33,101 nt of DNA from an uncultured Candidatus Peribacteria bacterium (GTDB taxonomy: Bacteria; Patescibacteriota; Gracilibacteria; Peribacterales; Peribacteraceae). Under the pieces are notes generated by a model that saw only the letters and a program-made list of their open reading frames with translations, did no database searches and had not been told where the DNA came from. The translations under genes and the position numbers were made by a program. Location: assembly GCA_964404805.1 (NCBI GenBank), contig CAYOLJ010000003.1, forward strand, positions 1-33,101. Direction: 5' to 3'. Of the stretch, positions 27,461 through 33,101 are shown in pieces; the first letter of the stretch is position 1, and each line of letters begins with the position of its first letter.

Positions 27461-27997
27461 TTACTTCTCGGCCACAACCTTTCCTTTTTGTGCGCGCAGG
27501 AGCGTCCAGCCAACAGCCCCGAGCATAGTGATTCCTGAGAGAATCCCACCAGCTCCTGTAGGGGCGAGAGGGGCACCTCCATGCAGAGAGTCAACTTGCA
27601 TAGGGAGCAGACGGTCACCGTACAGCACCACTTGCTGATTGCGCTGTACGCGGTCCAAGAGTCGGATAGTCTGGAGTAAACGCAGATCCTCCTGTGAGAA
27701 CGATCCTGTGTACTCCGGTGCCGCTCCATTCCCTTCCAAGGGCATGGCAACCGCTTCGACGCTGGAAGATTCAGAGGACTGTTGAGCTTTGAAGAGGATT
27801 TCCTGCTCCCGCTCTCTGCGGTCGGCACTCTCGCGTGCTTGCTGATCGACACGAAGAGCCGCCTCACGTCGGGTGGGGGGAAGGTAGAGTTCTTTATTGA
27901 GCAATACATCCTCGGGCGAGAGATATGCCAGCGCGGCAGGGGCCACAACAAGACCGAGAACGAGGAGAGTGCCGCGAAGGAGATGTTTGTATGTCAT
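27461..27997 (-). CDS. Secreted protein with a C-terminal LPXTG-like (LAPTG) sorting signal
   Basis: Signal peptide (ALA-Y), coiled-coil, then LAPTG + hydrophobic helix + RAQKGK tail. Confidence 0.8.
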   Translation of the reverse strand: MTYKHLLRGTLLVLGLVVAPAALAYLSPEDVLLNKELYLPPTRREAALRVDQQARESADRREREQEILFKAQQSSESSSVEAVAMPLEGNGAAPEYTGSFSQEDLRLLQTIRLLDRVQRNQQVVLYGDRLLPMQVDSLHGGAPLAPTGAGGILSGITMLGAVGWTLLRAQKGKVVAEK

Positions 27998-28025
27998 CGA
28001 AGCATTATACAGGATTTAAGAAATA

Positions 28026-29039
28026 CTAGCAATCGCTCCCTCCGGTCATTATGCACTGCATATACCGCTCGTAATCAGAGATATCATCACCGTATGAAGA
28101 CCACTTGCGTGGGTCTGTTTCTCCTTCATCCACAACACCATTGAGGTTTTTATCTTCCCCCAAAATCTGCGTGTTGCGCCCCGCGCCGACCTTCATGAGT
28201 CCATCGGGCAAACCGTCACGATCAGTATCCCACTTGATGGGATCGGTATCGGAGTTCTCGAGATGGCCGTTGTGATTGATATCTTCAAGACCATCGATGA
28301 GACCATCGCCGTCGGAGTCCCGGCGAACGGCGCTTGAGTGCAAGAAGAATATTTCACGACCGTCAGAAACACCGTCACCGTCGCTATCGGAGAGGGCAGG
28401 ATCCGTGCCATATTCCTTCTCTACCTGGTCGTTGGCTTCGTCGTCATCTGGATCGAGACCGATAGCGAGAGGAACCTGAGACATGATGTAGCAGATACTG
28501 CCGGGCTCGAATGTTTCGATTTCATGCTCGATTCGTCCTGCAGGGCGCTCTCGGAGTTCATTGAGATCCTCTTCCGTAAGATTATCGGGAATCGAGAACG
28601 TTCTGGCGAGATTCATTTTGTACTCGTCATCGCGGACTTTGCGCTCTCCTTCAGAGAGAAAGACTCGTCCAGGCAGACGATCGCTTGCCATGGCTTTGGT
28701 GTGGTCGTAATTCTCGGGCAGACAGTAACCCCAGTAACGAATCTCTCGATCGTATGAACCCAAGAGTATTCGTCGCAGGATCTGCGGGGCATCGCCAGGT
28801 ATTTCGAAGATCACATTCGTATCGGTCGGAATGGTTGCTCCACTCTCTACCATATTGGCAGTGATCACGCGCCAGCGTGTCTCTTTACGATATTCCGATG
28901 GGAGCAGACGTCCTGCGAGAGGGGAAGAGTTTCCGCTGTATCCGAAGAAAGCGTATCCCACAATGAACAGACAGAGTCCCCCCAGTGAGAGGGTGCTCCA
29001 GCCGAGGAATCTGCGCGAGAGTGATGCGCTGAAAGCCAT
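28026..29039 (-). CDS. Membrane-anchored protein with DxDxDG Ca-binding (TSP3-like) repeats
   Basis: N-terminal TM; DSDGDGVSDG, DSDGDGLIDG, DINHNG, DTDRDGLPDG, DKNLNG, ETDP motifs. Confidence 0.82.
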   Translation of the reverse strand: MAFSASLSRRFLGWSTLSLGGLCLFIVGYAFFGYSGNSSPLAGRLLPSEYRKETRWRVITANMVESGATIPTDTNVIFEIPGDAPQILRRILLGSYDREIRYWGYCLPENYDHTKAMASDRLPGRVFLSEGERKVRDDEYKMNLARTFSIPDNLTEEDLNELRERPAGRIEHEIETFEPGSICYIMSQVPLAIGLDPDDDEANDQVEKEYGTDPALSDSDGDGVSDGREIFFLHSSAVRRDSDGDGLIDGLEDINHNGHLENSDTDPIKWDTDRDGLPDGLMKVGAGRNTQILGEDKNLNGVVDEGETDPRKWSSYGDDISDYERYMQCIMTGGSDC

Positions 29040-29112
29040 CGAACTATTTTACCATAAAAAGAGATAGGCTTCCACCCTTGCTTCCTGCCCTTCCTTCGCG
29101 ATCCTAGGGGGG

Positions 29113-30204
29113 ATGCCTAAGGATCTCTATGCCATTCTCGGAGTGCAGCGTAATGCCACGAAAGAAGAGCTGAAAAAGGCGTATCGCAAATTGAGCAAGG
29201 AGCACCACCCCGATCGTCACAAGGGGGACAAGGACGCTGAGCAGCGTTTCAAAAAAGTGAATGAGGCGTACGAGGTGCTGAACGACGATAAGAAGCGCGC
29301 GATGTACGATCAGTTCGGCACGACGGGAGGGCCGGCTGGAAGCGGAGGGGCGAGCGGTGGAGCAGGACCGTTCGGCGGTTTTAATTTTTCGGGATTCAAT
29401 CCGGAGGATCTTGGGGGGTTCGGTGACATCTTCGAAACATTCTTCGGAGCAGGGGGTCGCAGGAGCAAGCGCGAGAAAAAGGGGCGTGACCTGCAAGTAG
29501 AAATCGAGGTAGCGTTTGTGGATATCGTGAACGGGGTCGATCAATCCATCACACTTGAGCGTCAGCGCGTCTGTAAGAAATGCGAAGGATCAGGAGCGAA
29601 AGAAGGATCGGAGCAAGTGACCTGTCGTGAGTGCGGAGGAACGGGGGAAGTGAGTCGTACGGCACAATCATTTTTCGGGACATTCCGTCAGGCGATGGTT
29701 TGTGAAACATGCGGTGGCTCGGGAAAAACGCACGAGCATTCCTGTCGTACCTGTAGCGGCGATGGCAAGGTGCGCACGCGTGATCCCATCACCGTACACG
29801 TTCCGGCGGGCATGCACGATGGGCAGACGCTACGCCTGCGCGGAGAGGGTGAGGCAGGTGTGCGTGGCGCCAAAACTGGAGATCTCTATGTGATCGTGCG
29901 CGTTCGTCCCGATGCCCAGTTCGAACGTAATGGGGATGACATTTACTCAATTGTCTCCATTCCCGTTGCCGATGCACTCCTCGGCACAGAGATCTCGATA
30001 AAAACCGTGCACGGATCTGTCACGCTCAAGATCCCTGCCGGTACGCAACCGGGTCAGGTCTTTCGTCTCAAGGGTAAGGGTATGCCTCTTCTCAATAGCA
30101 GTCGCACCGGGGATCACTACGTGACGGTGAATGTCGAAGTTCCCACCAAGCTCTCGCGTGCAGAACAGAAGCTGCTCGAAGAATGGAAAAAAATGAGAGA
30201 GTAG
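29113..30204 (+). CDS. dnaJ: Chaperone DnaJ (class A)
   Basis: J domain with HPD, G/F region with DIF, four CxxCxGxG repeats, C-terminal substrate-binding domain. Confidence 0.98.
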   Translation: MPKDLYAILGVQRNATKEELKKAYRKLSKEHHPDRHKGDKDAEQRFKKVNEAYEVLNDDKKRAMYDQFGTTGGPAGSGGASGGAGPFGGFNFSGFNPEDLGGFGDIFETFFGAGGRRSKREKKGRDLQVEIEVAFVDIVNGVDQSITLERQRVCKKCEGSGAKEGSEQVTCRECGGTGEVSRTAQSFFGTFRQAMVCETCGGSGKTHEHSCRTCSGDGKVRTRDPITVHVPAGMHDGQTLRLRGEGEAGVRGAKTGDLYVIVRVRPDAQFERNGDDIYSIVSIPVADALLGTEISIKTVHGSVTLKIPAGTQPGQVFRLKGKGMPLLNSSRTGDHYVTVNVEVPTKLSRAEQKLLEEWKKMRE

Positions 30205-30277
30205 CTTGTAGCTGAGAGCTTTTAGAAAACAAAACCTTTCTATCAGCTACAAGCGAACAGCTATCAGTTCAAAGCTC
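30201..30277. repeat. Inverted NNNAGCT heptamer arrays between convergent genes
   Basis: GCTTGTAGCTGA (30204-30215) is the exact reverse complement of 30243-30254; AGCT has 7-nt periodicity on both arms. Confidence 0.8.
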
Positions 30278-30279
30278 CG

Positions 30280-30837
30280 TCACACATCCAAATTCTCAAA
30301 CCCCTCTCCGCTCGGTGCAGCTTCTTCCATCACCGGTGAGAGCTCTTCACCGATAGTCGGGTCCTTCTTGCTTTTCGAGCGCAAGACGACCTGGCGGTAG
30401 TCGCCCTCGCCAATACTCTCGGTGGTGAGATCTTGAAAGGTGGGATTATTGGCAATGTGCAGATGCACGATGCGACGGAAGTACGGGCTCATGGGGGCCA
30501 ACGCCACGCGATTACCCGTGCGACGCACAAAGTCCGCCTTGTTCTCGGCCATTTTTTTCACCTTCTCTTCTTGCTCGCGTCGATACCCGTCGACATCGAG
30601 CACGATGAAGGGGCTCTTCTCCAGTTTTTCCTTACTCCGCAAAATGGACTTGAGTAGATGTTGTACAGAGTTGAGTGTTTCGCCATGCCAGCCGATGAGA
30701 CGGCTGGGGGTATTCGAGACGATGTCGACACGCGTGAATCCCTCTCCCTCTGTTTCATCCACAGTAATCGAATCGAACGGAAGATTGAGGAGGGTTAAGA
30801 GCTGGCCAAGACTGTCTTGAATGAGAGAACTGTTCAT
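30280..30837 (-). CDS. KH + R3H RNA-binding protein (Jag/KhpB/EloR-like, lacking the N-terminal Jag domain)
   Basis: LIGWHGETLNSVQHL, LDVDGYRREQE, LAPMSPYFRRIVH, TESIGEGDYRQVV. Confidence 0.9.
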   Translation of the reverse strand: MNSSLIQDSLGQLLTLLNLPFDSITVDETEGEGFTRVDIVSNTPSRLIGWHGETLNSVQHLLKSILRSKEKLEKSPFIVLDVDGYRREQEEKVKKMAENKADFVRRTGNRVALAPMSPYFRRIVHLHIANNPTFQDLTTESIGEGDYRQVVLRSKSKKDPTIGEELSPVMEEAAPSGEGFENLDV

Positions 30838-30863
30838 CGGAATCGGAGGATAGCGGGTGACGA

Positions 30864-30992
30864 GGGATTCGGGAATAGGAATTCGGACTTCGGAGAGTCT
30901 TTGGCGGAGTTTCTTAGACAGAAAGCAGCATTCTTCTCATCATGAATCCTGAAACAGAGCCCCTAAGTCCGATTCCCGAATTCCTGATCCCC
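30864..30992. repeat. Inverted GGAATTC-like heptamer arrays
   Basis: GGGATTC GGGAATA GGAATTC GGACTTC (from 30864) vs AAGTCCG ATTCCCG AATTCCT GATCCCC (30965-30992). Confidence 0.75.
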
Positions 30993-31017
30993 AAAAGAAA
31001 GCCTCCTTACGGAGGCT
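30993..31017 (-). terminator. Intrinsic terminator of HU gene
   Basis: Minus strand AGCCTCC-GTAA-GGAGGCT followed by TTCTTTT. Confidence 0.85.
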
Positions 31018-31043
31018 CTCTTACTGAATTCCAAATTCGTAAT

Positions 31044-31319
31044 TTACCGAACAGCGTCCTTGAGGGTCTTGCCAGCCTTGAAGGACGGGACCTTCATAGC
31101 AGGGATCGAGATCCTCTGTGTCGGGTTCCTTGGGTTTACGCCCATGCGAGCAGCACGATTAGAAACCTTGAAGGTTCCGAAGCCGGTGATCGTCACGGTA
31201 TTACCACGCTTGAGCTCCTTGGTGACGAGCGTGATGAGAGCGTCGAGCGAAGAGGCAGCAGCACGCTTGGTGATACCTGCCGCATCCGCGATTGCGTTGA
31301 TGAGATCCTGCTTGGACAT
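31044..31319 (-). CDS. hup: HU family DNA-binding protein
   Basis: MSKQDLINAIA...VTITGFGTFKV..RAARMGVNPRN...IPAMKVPSFKAGKTLKDAV. Confidence 0.97.
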   Translation of the reverse strand: MSKQDLINAIADAAGITKRAAASSLDALITLVTKELKRGNTVTITGFGTFKVSNRAARMGVNPRNPTQRISIPAMKVPSFKAGKTLKDAVR

Positions 31320-31565
31320 AGGATAGGGGGTAGGAGAAGTAAATCGTCTTCAGTGTACGGAGGGGAATGGCTTAGGCAAGCCACGAATTTGGCGCGAGGA
31401 TGGTTTCTGCGCTTAACTTCGTCGCCACGGCTTCTCAAAGCCAAACAAACTGAGTACGAAAGGTAGTCAGCTAAGAGGGATCTATCTGATGATTGAGTCA
31501 CATTTTTCGCAATGGAGCAACTTTTCTCCCATGGTATGACGAAGTGTGACGACACACCTTTCTCT

Positions 31566-31595
31566 TTGACACCTGATCACTTTCCCCACTAGTCT
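31566..31595 (+). promoter_or_regulatory. Putative topA promoter
   Basis: TTGACA (31566-31571), 18-bp spacer, TAGTCT (31590-31595). Confidence 0.55.
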
Positions 31596-31635
31596 CTCGC
31601 ACTGTTCTTCGTTCGACTTCATTTCTCGATTTTCA

Positions 31636-33101
31636 GTGCCAAGTCATCTCGTCATTGTCGAGAGCCCCACGAAGGCCAAGACCATCAAGCGTTTTCTTGG
31701 ACCTGACTTTGATGTTGAAGCGAGTATGGGGCATGTCCGCGATTTGCCAGGAGGAACATTAGGGGTCGATACGGAGGATTTTTCTGCCAAGTACGTGGTG
31801 CCCAAAGAGAAGGCCGCGGTCGTGAAAAAACTGCAGAAGTCGCTCGATAGCGCGGCTGAACTGTGGATTGCAACTGACGAAGATCGTGAAGGAGAAGCCA
31901 TTGGTTGGCATTTGGTCGAGATTCTCAAGCGAAAGAAGAAGCAGCCGGTAAAGCGCATCGTCTTTCATGAAATTACAAAAGAGGCGATTGATGCGGCCGT
32001 CGCTCATCCCCGTAAGATCGATGAGAAACTCGTCGATGCACAGCACGCGCGACGCATTCTTGATCGTCTTGTGGGCTACACACTCTCACCGTTCCTCTGG
32101 AAGAAAGTCTATCGCGGCCTTTCGGCAGGACGCGTGCAATCGGTGGCGGTGCGGATCATCGTTGATCGTGAACGTGCCATCAAGGCATTCAATCCCGAAG
32201 AGTACTGGACGATCAAAGCCGACTTCCTCAACGAGGCGCAGCAACCGTTCACTGCCGATCTTAAAAAGAAGGATGGCAAAAAGTACGTGCCCGTAAATGA
32301 GGAGCAGTCGCAGCAGGTGCTCGCGGGTCTCAAGGATGCGTCATACGTTGTGCAGACGCTCGAAGAAAAGGAAATCAAAAAGACACCACCCACCCCGTTT
32401 ACAACATCGACCTTACAGCAGGAAGCCGGGCGCAAACTGGGCTTCTCGGTGAAGCAGACCATGATGGTGGCACAGCAACTCTACGAAGGTATCGATCTGG
32501 GCAAGGGCGAAGGACAGGTGGGTTTGATCACCTACATGCGTACCGACTCGGTGAACCTGAGCGAAAAAGCGCTCACCGATGCCCGTGAAACAATTGAGAA
32601 GAACTTTGGTCGTGAGTACATCCTCAGTTCCCCGCGTCGCTACAAGACCAAGAGCAAGGGGGCACAAGAGGCACACGAAGCCATTCGTCCCGCCGAGATG
32701 GCGCGTGTACCCGCATCGCTCAAAAGCGAACTCGATCATCAGCAGCTCAAGCTCTACACGATCATTTGGGAACGCGCGATTGCCTCTCAAATGGCTGAAG
32801 CACAACTCAAGCGCGTGGGAGCCGACATTACAGCGGGCATCTATACCTTCCGTGCCACCGGTCAGACCGTCGCATTTGATGGGTACTTGCGCGTATATCT
32901 CGAAGGTCGCGACGAGCCCGAGTCAGATCAGGCGGCCACTGAAGAAGAAGAGGGATCGGGAATACTGCCTCCACTCAAGAAAGACGAAGCGCTCACATGC
33001 AAGACTCTGCTGCCGGAACAACACTTCACCAAGCCGCCGCCGTATTACACCGAGGCGTCGCTGGTGCGCGAACTGGAGCGCCGGGGCATCGGCCGGCCCT
33101 C
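31636..33101 (+). CDS. topA: DNA topoisomerase I (partial, runs off the right edge)
   Basis: Manual translation from GTG 31636: HLVIVESPTKAKTI, ASMGHVRDL, ATDEDREGEAI, LSAGRVQS, GLITYMRTDS (catalytic Tyr at 32533), AQEAHEAIRP, GIGRP. Confidence 0.98.
   Translation, partial: MPSHLVIVESPTKAKTIKRFLGPDFDVEASMGHVRDLPGGTLGVDTEDFSAKYVVPKEKAAVVKKLQKSLDSAAELWIATDEDREGEAIGWHLVEILKRKKKQPVKRIVFHEITKEAIDAAVAHPRKIDEKLVDAQHARRILDRLVGYTLSPFLWKKVYRGLSAGRVQSVAVRIIVDRERAIKAFNPEEYWTIKADFLNEAQQPFTADLKKKDGKKYVPVNEEQSQQVLAGLKDASYVVQTLEEKEIKKTPPTPFTTSTLQQEAGRKLGFSVKQTMMVAQQLYEGIDLGKGEGQVGLITYMRTDSVNLSEKALTDARETIEKNFGREYILSSPRRYKTKSKGAQEAHEAIRPAEMARVPASLKSELDHQQLKLYTIIWERAIASQMAEAQLKRVGADITAGIYTFRATGQTVAFDGYLRVYLEGRDEPESDQAATEEEEGSGILPPLKKDEALTCKTLLPEQHFTKPPPYYTEASLVRELERRGIGRP

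Overview
This is a gene-dense bacterial chromosome segment with about 35 CDS and standard code 11 (TGA is used as stop, e.g. nusA, murA-adjacent genes, yraN). The content and style point to a Patescibacteria/CPR genome, probably Peregrinibacteria/Peribacteria-like; this is inferred from unclustered housekeeping genes, no Shine-Dalgarno sequences, pyrF being present and a sortase-like substrate. It carries nusA, lspA, murA, tRNA-Arg(CCT), pyrF, comM/yraN, a SAM-I riboswitch with metK, serS, uvrB, galU, hsp20, dedA-uppP, recJ, dnaJ, a KH-R3H protein, HU and a partial topA, plus several envelope proteins and ORFans. I found no prophage, transposase, integrase or CRISPR array. The most notable observations are: (1) a secreted Amidase_2 + SpoIID fusion that could be a self-contained peptidoglycan-degrading enzyme; (2) near-leaderless gene architecture, with TANNNT 6-11 nt before about 18 starts and C/U-rich leaders elsewhere; (3) a SAM-I aptamer with no obvious terminator or SD platform but an alternative P1 partner near the metK start; (4) a diverged 57-bp duplication of the serS 3' end around a REP-like hairpin that recurs in the nusA leader; (5) many intergenic inverted heptamer arrays, each with a different unit; (6) several apparent pseudo-enzymes. 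All calls were made by eye and no database searches were run.
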